In this document: positions 51,593-63,800 of the stretch, piece by piece
Layout of the letters: each line of letters begins with the position of its first letter
How positions within the stretch are numbered: position 1 is the first letter of the stretch
NCBI RefSeq assembly: GCF_018350175.1
Contig: NC_058369.1
Span: 8,372,001 to 8,436,000, forward strand
DNA: 64,000 nt
Reading direction: 5' to 3'
Source of the DNA: Felis catus
Lineage: Eukaryota
Position numbers and translations under genes: made by a program
Notes under the pieces: generated by a model
Told to the model about the DNA's origin: nothing
Seen by the model: only the letters and a program-made list of their open reading frames with translations
Database searches by the model: none

Positions 51593-51818
51593 TTTGGTAA
51601 ATGCCTTTTTTTAACGTTTATTTTTGAGAGAGAGTGTGCATGCACGTGCGAGCAGAGGAGGGGCAGAGAGAGAGATGCAGAATCCCAAGCAGGGTCCAGG
51701 CTGTGAGCTGTCAGCACAGAGCCCAACGGGGGGCTTGAACGCATGAACTTGGAGATCATGACCCAAGCAGAAGTCGGATGCTAAACCAACTGAGCCACCC
51801 AGGGGCCTCACAATTTGT

Positions 51819-51821
<3 letters not shown>

Positions 51822-51866
<45 letters not shown>
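51822..51866. repeat. (GA)n microsatellite within a SINE
   Basis: Long gagaga run; a similar run occurs at about 6741-6772. Confidence 0.9.
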
Positions 51867-52099
51867 CGAGCGCAGGGGAGAGGGGCAGAGGGAGAGAATC
51901 AAGTAGGCTCCATGCTCAGTGCAGAATCTGATGCAGGGCTCAATCCTGCGACCCTGGGAGCATGACTTGAGCCGAAACGAAGAGTTGGATGCTCAACTGA
52001 CTGAGCCACCCAGGAGCCCCCACGAGCTTCCCATTCTTAGCGGTACCCCAAATCAGAGGATGGGGGCTAGGTGAATGCAGACTGGCCTGGGTCGTGCGC

Positions 52100-52470
52100 T
52101 GCATCAGTTAGGATTTCCTTTAGCCGTCTGTGATAAAAAAAAAAGTAACAATGGCACACACGAGATAATTTAGTCCCCCCCCCCCAGAGTCCATAGAGTC
52201 CGGTGCTGATACCCAGTTCCACCGTCGTCAGGGGACCAGGCTCCCATCACCCCTAGAGGACTGTATCCCTCCTCACATGTGTCAGGGACTGCCAGGGCTC
52301 CAGTCAGCACTTCCAATTCCAGAAAAGAGAGGGGAGGGGAAAGAAAGGGTATATTCCCTTGCCTTTTAGGGATCCTTCTAGAAGTCTCACACATTTCCAC
52401 TTATATTTCATTGGCCGGCACTTAGCTGCAAGGGAGGCTGAGAAATGCTTTGCTCAGGAAGCTACAAGGG
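52100..52470. mobile_element. MLT1-like (MaLR) LTR relic
   Basis: gcatcagttaggatt...cattggcc...gctgcaagggaggctgagaaatg motifs. Confidence 0.55.
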
Positions 52471-52983
52471 CTCCCTTACTTAGGGGGGAGGGGGGCCCAG
52501 GATCAGGGAGGCGGCCCGCGGGCTCCGATACACAACCCACCCCCCTCCCCGAATCTCTTCCTCATCGACTCCTTGTCCTTTCTGGTCCTGGCACAAAAGT
52601 CGCCCCTGTCTCTGTCCCCTCCCCGGCCAGGGTCCCCTAGCACTCCTGACCCTCTCTAGCTCAAGGGTGGCATCCGCTCCGACTTGACTGCTTCCTCGGC
52701 CGAAGGGATCCTCGTCCCCTTCGTCTGCGTCTTGGGCACCCGGCACAGTTCCGGGCGCGCGGTGGCACTCGAGGATGGGCCCGGAGCGAATCCCAGACGA
52801 CAGAGCCCCGGGACCTATCCTCGTATACCGCGGCGCCATTCGCACAGTGTCGTCTCAGATGTGAAGCAGCAGCCTGAAGTCCAGTTAGTTCTCTAGGGTT
52901 ACCCGGCCAGGGCCACTCCAGCCACCGAGGCCGCGGTCAGGGGCCGAAAGAAATCTGGTCCAAAACCCGTCTCTGGAGAAACA

Positions 52984-52989
52984 TTTAAT
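52984..52989 (-). terminator. Candidate SPC24 polyadenylation signal ATTAAA
   Basis: Minus-strand ATTAAA about 85 nt after the stop, followed by GT/T-rich sequence (tgtttctcc...gggttttgg...tttctttc). Confidence 0.55.
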
Positions 52990-53072
52990 TTTCAGCTCCT
53001 CTCACCGCTGAGGCCCCGACCACCCACCACACTGACTCGTGCCGTGTGCAGACGCGTCCTTGAGGCTCTGGG

Positions 53073-53179
53073 CTACCAGTCCGTGCCTACCAAGTTCCAG
53101 AGATAGTCGCTGATGAACTTCTTGGAGAGCTGGGTGCTGTCCAGCTGGACAGGCTGGGCGACGCTGGGGCCGTGATGAA
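53073..53179 (-). CDS. SPC24: SPC24 (NDC80 kinetochore complex) exon 5, last coding exon
   Basis: ccccag|TT CAT CAC GGC...; HHGPSVAQPVQLDSTQLSKKFISDYLWNLVGTDW-TAG; 107 nt. Confidence 0.95.
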
Positions 53180-55137
53180 CTGGGGGAGATGTAAGGAAAC
53201 CTGACGTACACAGCCCTCCCCGGGACCCCGTGAAAAAGTTGTAAGGTATTTAGAGACTGAGGGGCGCCTGCGTCTCAGTCGGTTCGGTGCCCAGCTTCGG
53301 CTCAGGTCGTGATCTCATGGCTCATGAGTTCGAGCCCCGCGTCGGACTCTGTGCTGACAGCTCAGGGCCTGGAGCCTGATTCCGATTCTGTGTGTGTGTC
53401 TCTCTCTCTCTCTCTCCCTGGCCCTCCCCTGCTCACGCTCTTTCCCTCTCAAGAATAAACATTAAAAAAAAAAAAATTAAAAAGAAAAACATATTTAGAG
53501 ACTGAGGGGCGCCTGTGGCTCAGTGGGTTAAGCATCCTGCTCTTGGTTTCAGCTCAGGTCATGACCTTGCGGTTTGTGGGTTCGAGCCCCATGTCAGGCT
53601 CTGAAAGTGCAGCGCCTGCTTGGGATTTTCTCTCTCACGGCCCCTCCCCGACTCGCTCTCATGCTCGCTCTCTCTCAAAAATAAACTTAAATTGAGAGAC
53701 AGAGCGTGAACAGGGGAGGGGAAGAGAGAGAGGGAGACACAGAATCCGAGGCAGGCTCCAGGCTCTGAGCTGTCAGCACAGAGCCCGACGTGGGGCTCAA
53801 ACTCACGGACCGTGAGCTCATGACCTGAGCCGAAGTCGGACAGTTAACCAACTGAGCCACCCAGGCGCCCCTTTTTATTTTCTTTAATGTTTGTTTATTT
53901 TTGAGACGGAGAGAGACGGAGCGCGGGCGGGGGAGGGGCAGAGAGCGAGGCAGACACAGAGTCCGAAGCACCTCATTGGCCAGTTTTGAAGTGTGCAGCT
54001 CAGTGGCATTCGGTGCACACACGTTGTTGTACAGCCCTCCCCACCATCCGTCTCCAGAACATTTCCAGAGCCCGAAACTGTGTCCTCGTTAAACACTGAC
54101 TCTCCTCCCCTCCCCTCCCCCAGCCCCTGGCACCTGCCATCTACTTCCTGTCTCTACGGATTTGACTCCTCTAGAGAGCTCTTGTAAGTGGGATCAGACA
54201 GTAGCTCGCTTTTTGTGTCTGGCTTATTTCACTTAACATCATGTCTTCTAGATACATGCATGTTATAGCATGGGCCAGAATTTCCTTCCTCTTTTAAAAA
54301 AAGGAAGGAAATTTAAATGTAACTAATTTATTAATATTACTTATTGTTTATTTTATTATTTAACCTATTCATTTAAATTTAGTTAATTCATTTCAATTTA
54401 ACTAATTTATTTAAATTTATTTTATTGGAAAATTCTAATATTTATTTATTTTTGAGAGAGAGAGAGAGAGAGAGACAGAGCATAAGCAGGGGAGGGGCAG
54501 AGAAAGAAGGAGACAGGATCCGAAGCAGGGGCCAGGCTCTGAGCTGTCAGCACAGAGCCTGATGTGGGGCTCGAGCCCACGAACCTGAGATCGTGACCCG
54601 AGCTGAAGTTGGACACTTAACTGACTGAGCCACCTGGGCGCCCCCATTTTTTTTTTTAATTTTAGAGACAGCGATAGAGCACAAGCAGGGAGAGGGGCAG
54701 AGGGAGAGAGAATCCTAAGCAGGCTCCAGGCTCAGCACAGAGTCCAACATGGGGCTCGATCCCACGACCCTGGGATCGTGACCTGGGTTGAAATGAAGAG
54801 TCAGTTGCTCAACAGACTGAGCACCCAGGCGCCCCTCCTTCCTTTTTAAGGCCGAATACTATTTTATTGCACGGATATACCACATTTTGCTTATGTAGCA
54901 CTTATGGCTTATGTTTGCTTATCAGCGCTTTGCTGATAATTGGTCTGCTTCCACCTTTCGGCCACTGTGACCACCGCAGTCACGAACACAAGGGTGCAAC
55001 CCAGAAGGGGGACTGCTGGGTCATATGGTGATCCTACGCTTCATTTCTGAGGACCTGCCAGACTTTTCCACGGCGGCCCAGCCCTTCACAAGGCCGCCGG
55101 CAGCACACCGGGCTCCGCGTTCTCTGCAAAAGGATAC
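53180..55137 (-). other. SPC24: SPC24 intron 4, U12-type GT-AG intron
   Basis: 5' splice site |GTATCCTTTT; U12-like branch TTTCCTTAC (53199-53191) about 11 nt before the AG. Confidence 0.85.
53260..55120. mobile_element. CAN-SINE cluster nested in an old L1 fragment, filling SPC24 intron 4
   Basis: SINEs at about 53260-53470 +, 53506-53685 +, 53690-53871 -, 54440-54645 -, 54660-54835 -; L1 motifs cttatttcacttaacat and ctgggtcatatggt. Confidence 0.75.
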
Positions 55138-55214
55138 TGCCTTTGACCATCCCTGGCTCACACTCATAGTCCCACTCAATTTTGCTAATCTGGCGATAAA
55201 GCTGAGCCACATAC
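55138..55214 (-). CDS. SPC24: SPC24 exon 4
   Basis: tacag|G TAT GTG GCT...GGC A|gtatcc; YVAQLYRQISKIEWDYECEPGMVKG; 77 nt. Confidence 0.95.
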
Positions 55215-55351
55215 CTGTATGAGAACACGAGAGAGAGAGAGAGAGAAAGAGAGAGAGATTAAGTTACCCCAGCGTAGACTCCAACTCAGGGCCGCGGGAC
55301 GACCCACGTGCACGCAGGGCAGGCACCACCACACGCACTGGCGGGACCTAC

Positions 55352-55456
55352 ACGGCCGAAGGGATGGTGACAGTCGTGTCTTCGTCAACTTCCCTCTCCT
55401 GCCTCTCGAGACTGGCCTCGGTCTCCTTGAGCTCCTCCAGCTCTCTGGTGAGCTGA
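55352..55456 (-). CDS. SPC24: SPC24 exon 3
   Basis: tttac|T CAG CTC ACC...GCC GT|gtaggt; QLTRELEELKETEASLERQEREVDEDTTVTIPSAV; 105 nt. Confidence 0.93.
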
Positions 55457-55600
55457 GTAAAGCAGGCAGTTAAGGTCACCTCGCTCTGGAAGGGGGGCCG
55501 CCGTGGGCCCAGGGCTCCGAGCTGGGTTCCCAGCACGACCAAACAGGCACCCCGGCGGTGAGCCCGAGGCCCGGCCGTCCGCGCACGCAAGGAAGGATAT
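55457..55600 (-). other. SPC24: SPC24 intron 2, U12-type AT-AC intron (144 nt)
   Basis: 5' splice site |ATATCCTT; branch CCTTAAC (55475-55469); ends tttAC|; splicing here gives KASLL-QLTRE. Confidence 0.92.
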
Positions 55601-55745
55601 AGGAGGCTGGCCTTCAGACGGGTGTCCTCCTCGCCGGCCTTCCGGAGCTCAGCTTCGAGCTGCTGCAACTCGGCGCCCCCCTGGTGCGCCCGCTCCTTCG
55701 CATCCAGAAGGCTCTGGGCCACTTCTTCTTCTGCAGCCAGGATCT
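55601..55745 (-). CDS. SPC24: SPC24 exon 2
   Basis: cgtag|AG ATC CTG...CTC CT|atatcc; ILAAEEEVAQSLLDAKERAHQGGAELQQLEAELRKAGEEDTRLKASL; 145 nt. Confidence 0.93.
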
Positions 55746-58700
55746 CTACGGGGCGGGGCGGGAGAGAGCAGGCCGAGACCCTTCGAGGAGGTCTCTCCAG
55801 GGCCTGGCCCTGCCCCAGAAGAGCCCGAGGCCTCAACCACGATCGTCCTCACTTCCCCGCCTACAGCTCCCCAACCCATTGGTCCTATTTCCAAAAGCCC
55901 ACGCTTTGGTGGTCCACTGAGACCTTGCAAAAGTGCTTCCATTTCACCAAAACACATGTGGAGCCTCCACAAAACCCCACAAAGGAACGAATGAGTGAGA
56001 GCATCTTCTTCTTCCTCGACAGCCTCCTTTCTTCCTGCTTTTCAACCCACCTTGTGCTTTTCTCTCTGCTCTGGCCACAAAGACACCTCACCATTCTGCA
56101 AACATGCCCATTTTTCACAGGCCCGGCCTCCACCTGCCCGTCCTCTCTGAGATGCCCTTATGCTCCCACCCTTCGGGCGCTCGGAGACCCAGCCTTCGAG
56201 ACCTCCTGGGTAATACACAACCGGGGCAGCTGGACACTCTGCTCTCCCTCCCAGGGCGCGGCCACGCCTCCACCACAGCCCGGAGGCACTGAATTGTTCA
56301 TTCCTCCTCCTCGCTCGAATCCGGGACTGTGTCTTACACTCCCCATATATCGCCAGCGCCTAATCAGAATAAACATGCTTTGACCAAAACATCCGAAAGA
56401 TCAAAAACACCCTAGCAAGGTTACCGTGTTCCTTCCCATAGAGCTGGAGGAACCTGCCGACTCAGGGAAGGCACAGATGGAAACACTTCCCAAAGGGCAG
56501 GCGTTTAAGTGTTTACAAACTTACATTGAGTTAATTTTTAATCAAGGTATTACATGTATATGGCTGTGAAAATTTAAACACACACAGCCCCCCCCCCCCC
56601 CCCAAAGCCTCCCCACGCCTCTGAAGCAGCCACTTCCAAATCATCACTGTTTTCTCTGGCATTGACGTTCGTGTTTCTAAATAATTTGCTTAGGCTGCTA
56701 TTTCTTGATTTGTCTGTCTTAAACAGTGCCTGCTGATTTCCTGTTAGGATAGCCGAGGGTCTGGCTTTCTTCTGCAGCCTTCCTGCCCCTTCTCCCCTCG
56801 CCTCCCCAGACAACCTTGTTTCCTTGGATTCTTCCCTGGGAGTGCCCTCTTCCCCGGGGGCACTGTCACAAAGTACCATTACCTGAGCGTGTGCTGAGTG
56901 CTACAGGATAGCCCCGGAGCCCCTGTTCAGTACGTTCTCAAAACCCTCTGAGGGAGGTGGCTTAACCCCTGCCCCCATGGAGAGATGAAGGACAGAAGCC
57001 TGAAGATATTAAAGTGACTTGTCCAGAGGCACATAGCTCTGAAGCCTGGATCTGAACTGGAGCCCTTTAACTCAAAGTCCCGGCTCCCTGGAACACGGAC
57101 TCTTGTCTCTCTGGCCCCAAATCCATTCATTCTGCTGAAGCCCACGCAGGCTGGGTAATAATGATCTTCTCCCCAAACCATCAATGGAGGAGGAGTGAAT
57201 GGAGTGCGGAGGAGAGAGAGGAGGAGGAGAGAAGGAGAAGACTCTGGCTGGGGCATCCATCACACTTAGAACAACCTCCAAACTCCCGGGGTTGGGGGGG
57301 GTGGGTGGTTCACTGCCTACAGGGTCTGGCTACAGCTCATCTTCCACTTTCTCCTGGGTGTCCAAGTTCACTCCTACCTGGCGACCTTTGCCTTTGCAGT
57401 TACCTCTGCCAGGAACACTCTCCCCCCCACCCCCAAGCCATCCCCTGCCTAGCTCCTAGATCATTTCAGTCCCAAGCCAGACAGCACGGCCACATAAAAC
57501 ATAACTGTAAAAAGACTTAAAAAAAAAAAAAAAGAAAAAAGAAAAAAGAAAAATAAAAACCTGGCACCGAAACCACTATGGAAAACTGGATGAGTCTCTC
57601 AAAAAACGAAATATCAAACTGTCATGTGATCTAGCATGGGAAATACAAAACAGAAAAATACACAAAGAAAATACAAATTTTCTGGGAAAATACAAAAAGA
57701 ACTGGGAGCAGGGAGCCAAAGAGGTATTTGTACACCCATGTTCATGTGTTCATGGTGGCATTATTTACAACAGCCAGGGTCTGGAAGCAACCCAAGTGCC
57801 CATCAGTGGAGGAATGGACAAACAAAATGAGGTATGTCCGGACTATGGAATTATTCATCCCTCAAAAGGAGGGAAATTTGGGGCACCTGGGTGGCTCAAT
57901 TGGTTGAGCGTCTGACTTTGGCTCAGGTCACGATCTCAAAGTCCCAATGTCCGTGAGTTTGAGCCCTGCATCGGGCAGGCTGCTGTCCATGCAGAGCAGA
58001 GCGAGCTTTGGATCCTCTGTCGCCCCCTCTCCGCCCCTCCCCAACTTGCACTCCCTCCAATTTATTTAATCCTCACCATAGCCCTGGATCCCTCCCAAAC
58101 CTCCTTGGGTTTCCGCTAAAATATCATCTTTTCAGAAAGTTTTCGCTGACTCATCCCAAAGCATCACCACTCCCTCCTATACAACCTAGTTTCCTAGCCC
58201 ACCATCTCCTGACAGAAGTATTCTTCTTTCTTTTTAAAAAATGTTTGTTTATTTTTGAGTGGGGGAGGTGGGGCCGAGACAGGGGGCCAGAGGATCCAAA
58301 GGGGTTCTGCACTGACAGCGGAGAGCCCGATGGGGGGCTCGAACTCACGACCAGGGCGAACTGAGCCGAAGTCAGATGCCAAACCAACTGAGCCACCCAG
58401 GTGCCCCTCCATTTTTCTTGTTCGTCGCCTGACCACCCCACCACTAGCATACCAACCCTTTAAGGGACTGTCCTGTTCTCTGCTTCCAGCCCGGGGCTGG
58501 CACTATGCCTGGCACACAGCAGGTGCTCAGTAAAACAGCTGAACCTCAGTAAGTGGGGATGCTGGGATTAAAGCCCAGCGCTTTGACTCCGGAGCCCCAG
58601 TTCGAACCTTGAGCCCCCCAGCTCCTGCTCGTGGACCGCTCGGAATTTGCCAGTTCCTGCCAGCTCCTATATTCACCACTAACTCTCTGGGAGGTGGCTG

Positions 58701-58875
58701 CCATCCTGCAGTCCATTTCACGGGTGGGGAAACTGAGGCCCAGAGGGGGCAGCGCCCAAGGGAGAACAGGGGAGGGATGGGGGCGCCCAGGAGGGAGGGT
58801 TTCGTCAAGGCGGACCTCCCGCCCCCTCCCATCACACGGGCCCGGGTCCCGGCCGCCCCCGGCCCCAGCCCTGAC

Positions 58876-59035
58876 CTCGCAGCCGTTGTTCGGCGCTGTC
58901 TTGCGTCTCCAGCAGCCGTTCCACCACCTGCTCGTGGCGCCCCAGCAGCCGCCGTTGCTGCGCCTCCGCGCGGTTGGCGCCCAACAGGCTCAGCAGCCCC
59001 TGGCTCACCTCTTCCATGTCGCGGAAGGCCGCCAT
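58876..59035 (-). CDS. SPC24: SPC24 exon 1 coding part
   Basis: gtcATGG Kozak context; MAAFRDMEEVSQGLLSLLGANRAEAQQRRLLGRHEQVVERLLETQDSAEQRLR; donor G|gtcagg; 160 nt; the five exons sum to 594 nt (197 aa). Confidence 0.95.
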
Positions 59036-59039
59036 GACT

Positions 59040-59300
59040 ACGCCAGGACCAAGCCCGCGCAAATTTAACTGCCCTCATTGCCCGCCCCTTCCCCGGAGAG
59101 CCCTGTTCCCATTAGCTTGATCTTACGTCAGTCATCAGAGAATGGGTGGGACTTAGCTTCAGGTCTGGCCCAGTGCGCCTGCGCCAGCTCCTCCGTCCGT
59201 CTCAGACAATGGCCAATCGGCCGCTGGGAGCGGGGGGGTGTGCCTGCGGGAGTTCTGCGTGTTGCGCCTGCGCAGGTCGGACAGCGCCTGGCTGATAATG
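59040..59300 (-). promoter_or_regulatory. SPC24: SPC24 promoter / CpG-rich region
   Basis: GC box CCCGCCCC (59091-59098), CRE-like TTACGTCA (59123-59130), NRF1-like TGCGCCTGCGC (59174-59184 and 59263-59274), CCAAT (59213-59217). Confidence 0.7.
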
Positions 59301-59916
59301 AAGCTGTTTATGAGTCCTTAGCTGCAGAGACCGTATTGCAGCCAGGGCGGGGTTCTAGGGGCGAAGCGTTGGACTGCATTTCGTTCTATAGTGCGTGCGT
59401 GGGATACTCACAATGAACATAATAAATAAGTAAATTCCCTGAGAGGCTCCATAGCAAAATGGAGCCTGCAACTAGATTTATCGGATTCGAATCCCACTTA
59501 CTAGCTTTGTTACCTTGGGCAAATGACTTCATCTCTTTGTGCCTCAGTTTCCTTCTCAGGAAGATGAGGGTCACGATAGTGCCCACTTAACAGTTGGCGC
59601 GAGGAATAAGTGAGGACGGTGCCTGGTATTCAGTAAGCACTATATTAAGGCGTTAAATAAAACATACGTAGAACACTAGCAGGTAAGGCACTTAGCCTAA
59701 CTGGGACCAAACACCATACTGTGTGAAGGGTTAGGGTAGAGAAAAGACAAGCCGCACGTTTATGTGGCAAGTTTCTCAAAATGAGGTAAAGAAATGAATT
59801 CAACAGGTCAGGACCAGCATTTTCTACAAAATACAATGGGGGAAAAATCTGTGCACTGTGTACCGAAAGTTAACTATTGTTTTGGGAAACTCCAAAATTC
59901 GCATTTGTGTACTGGG

Positions 59917-60870
59917 TGTGGCAGATTATATTTGCAAAAAAATGGCTACAGAAATAGTTCCAACCTTGCCACTCCCCGTCAAGAGGCAGACTCCCATCCT
60001 CCTCCTTTTGAACCTCAGCAGGACTTTGTGCAACAAATAAAATGTGGCAGAAAGGACACTGTGTGAATTACTACAAGCCTTGATCAGAAACTAGGATACG
60101 GTTTCTGCCTGGGGCTAGCTTGTACTCTCTTTTGCTCTCTCTTAATTTTGGGATACTTTCTCAGAGCCCAGCTGCTGTGTTGTGAGGAAGCCGAGGTGAG
60201 TCTCACAGATAAGGTCACAGCAGAAGACGGAATCCAACCATCAGACAGGTGAGTGAGGGAACATTGAAATCATTCCAGTCCGCAGCCTCCCAGCCATCCC
60301 AGCTGACACCGAGAGGGGCAGGGTCCTGCTGAAACCAAAGATCTGTGAGCAAGATCAACACCATTGTTGGGGCACCTGGGTGGCTTCGTCTGTAAAGCGT
60401 CCCACTTTGCCCCAGGTCATGATCTCAAGGTTCGTGAGTTCAAACCCCACATCAGGCTTTGCGTTGATAGTGCAGAGCCTGCTTAGGATTCTCTCTCCCT
60501 CTCCCTCTCTCTCTCTCTGCCTCTCCCCCACTTGTGTGCTCTCTCTCAGAGTGAATAAACTTGAAAAAAAAAAAGATCAATGCCATTGTTTATTTTTTTT
60601 AACGTTTTTATTTATTTTTGGGACAGAGAGAGACAGAGCATGAACGGGGGAGGGGCAGAGAGAGAGGGAGACACAGAATCGGAAACAGGCTCCAGGCTCC
60701 GAGCCATCAGCCCAGAGCCCGACGCGGGGCTCGAACTCACGGACCGCGAGATCGTGACCTGGCTGAAGTCGGACGCTTAACTGACTGCGCCACCCAGGCG
60801 CCCCTAATGCCATTGTTTAAAGGCAGTAAATTTGAGAATTATATGTTACCCGGCCATAACACCTGGATCA
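59917..60870. mobile_element. MLT1-like LTR interrupted by two tail-to-tail SINEs (60369-60572 + and 60593-60805 -)
   Basis: tgtggcagattatatttgcaaaaaatggc start; ccagctga and ttgtttaa...tgttac...ataac end motifs; both SINEs have TSDs. Confidence 0.65.
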
Positions 60871-63800
60871 CTGGGTCACATGTGAAATTTCTGTCTTTAT
60901 GTAGGTCACACAAAAGACGTCAGAGGCCACTGATCTAATAGCAAGACCGCACCGTAAGCAAGGAAATGAATGAACAGGGTCACTTTAGATACTAACAGGT
61001 GCTTTGAAGGCACTCAAACGGGGTCCGGGATGGCGTCACTAGGGTTTGAGGCGGGGAAGGAAGTGACTTCAGGTCAGGTGGTCAGGGACGGACTCCCTGG
61101 GCAGGGGCCATATGAACCATGAACCAGGATCTGAGTGATGAAAAGCTGTTGGGAAACAAGCGTCAGGCAGAAGAAAGAATATGCAAAGGGCAGGGTAGTG
61201 GGGAAGTTTTTAATTTGTTTAAGGAATAGTGAGGAGGTCCAAGTGGCTGGAGAAGGGTAGGAAGAAGGTTTCGGGGGGCCCTGAAACTCTATTCAGGTGT
61301 AACAGGAAGCACTTAAGGCATTAAGTAGGATTTGCCAACGGGCTGCAGGTTATAAGGAAATTTATTTCTATCTGCCATTTCCTTCCGCCTTTGTTTCCCA
61401 CATCAGTGCTAGTGGCCAAGAGGGGAAGGGACAGGCTCGGAAGTGAGGGGCTCCATGAAGCGAAAGGTTTAGGGGAGTTCTCAGCAGCTGGGGAAAGGCC
61501 CCGTGGAACTATCGAAAAGATGGGCGCTTGGCTGTGAGTCTGTAGAGATGTTTGGGCTGGGAATAAAAGCCAGTCGCCGGGATGCAGCCGAGACTAGATG
61601 ATGCCACCCTGGAACGGAATAATGAGGGGGAGGGTCCAAGGACCAAGCTCCGAGACCCTCCAACTGTAGAAATTACAGAAAAGAGGGGGAAGCCAGGAAA
61701 ACAGAGAAGGCACAGCCAGGGAGTTCGGAGAGAAGCTACCACAGAGCAGTCAGGTCCCCAACCACAGGCCTGGGGCCACCTTCCTCCTCAGAGCTTACTT
61801 TCATGAAATGGTTTTTGCAAAGCAACCCCCCCTCCCCCTTAAGGGCTGTTTTTATATTTTTACAGTGGTCCGGCTGGGGACACCCTTCGGACGAATATAT
61901 TTATGTAGTCTCGCCCAGGTCACAGATCCCTTTGAAATCAGACAAAAGCAAGGAGACAGGCTCTTCCTCGAGAAACACACCCCACATCCACGCGCTTTTT
62001 GGATTTTGTGCATATTTTGGGTTTGGGACCCCAGAAGGCCAGCCCCAGGTTTTTAGGTGAGGAATCTAACTGCCCAGCCTGTCTCGTGGAGTCGCTAACA
62101 GATGTAGAAATGAGGACACTCTTGCAGAACTATCAGTGCGTGTGGGCATGAAGCTGGGTCCCCTGGGTCCCCAGAGACAGCAATGGTGGCCAGCAATGCT
62201 CACTCTTCCCTTGGCTGAGCATTCGTGCTAAGATTGGGGACAGGGGCTCGGGTGCTCTGAGCCTACAGGTGGTGGATTACTTAACAACGCAGAGCGAAAT
62301 AAAGAGAAGACGTCAGGGCTTCCGTAGATTACCCGTGACCTTGGCAAGCTCTTACCCTTTTCTAAACCCCGGGCTAAGGATAGCTCTCTCTTATCAGCTG
62401 GGGGGGATGTTCACGAGGTGAGCCATTCACGGGATTGCACAACCAAAGCCTGACAGATATAAGTGCTCCTGTCAAAAAAAAAAAAAAAGGTGACTCATCT
62501 CCTTTCCAAAAAGCAAAGCCCTTCCGAAGCAAGAACCACACCTCCCAGACACAAGGATGGGCACTATTAAAAAAGAAAAAAAGTATTGGCCAGGATGCGG
62601 AGAAGTTAGAACTCTGGTGCACCGTGGGTAGGAATGTAAAGTGGTGCAGCCGCTATGGAAAACGTGGCAGTTTCCTCACAAAATTAAAAATAGAATACCC
62701 CAGCCATTTCACTTCTGGGTAAATACCCCCCCCCAAATTGAAAGCAAGGCCTTGAAGGTATTTCTACACCCCATCTTGTTTACAATAGCTGAAAAGGTGG
62801 AAGCAAGTGTCCACCGATGGGAGATTATTCAGTCTTAAAAAGGAAATTCTGCCACTTGGTACCGGGATGAACCTTGAGGACGTTAATGCTAAGCGACCTA
62901 AGCCAGTCACAAAGACCTCGCTGCACGGTTCCACTTATTTGCCTCTTGGCTCACAGACCCCTCTGGAGAACTGAGGAGTAAGAGACCTTTAGCTCAGAAA
63001 CATGCAACGTTGTGTATATTTCTGGGACTTGCAAAACCTTCTGAAAGCCACCCATGATCTCCTGGTGGAACAGTCTAGAGGAAAAACAGAGGAAGACGCG
63101 TAGGAGAGCACTTGGGGGAGTGAGGGGAGGGACCCAGGGATGGGCAGGGAGGGTGTCCCACCTCGTTTCGTTGCTGGTGACACAGGGATATTGTTTGCCA
63201 AAAGCCATAAAGCCATATGCTTTTTTTTTTTAATTTATTTATTTGTTTCGAGAGAGACAGAGACAGTGCCAGCAGGGGAGGGGCAGAGAGAGAGGGAGAG
63301 GGAGAATCCCAAGCAGACGCGGGGCTCGAACTCACAAAACCGAGATCATGACCTGAGCTCCACTGACCGAGCCACTCAGGCGCCCCAATTTTTTTTCAAG
63401 GGGGATTTTGTTGCACCTTCCACCGTGCTAAACATTTCTGTAGTGTTAGAATTTTGCCTTTTACAATGACTATGAATTGTTTTGTCACAAGGAAAACAAT
63501 GAGTAAAGATATTTTTCTGAAGTCTTCACGGCGGGTGTCCATTAAAACTTCTTGTAACAGTGGCAATGCGTTGGATTTCTGCAGCTCAATACAACGGCCG
63601 CCAGGTGCTTGTGGCTATTGGGCACAAATTTACTATAACTCATTTATATTTCAATGGAAATAGACACATGCAGACACATTTATGTTTAAGTGGAAGTAGG
63701 GGCGGGCGCCTGGGTGGCTTGGTGGGTTAACGGTCCGATTGTTGATTTCCGTTCGGGTCATGATCTCACAGTTCATAGGTTCAAGCTCCACATCAAGCTC

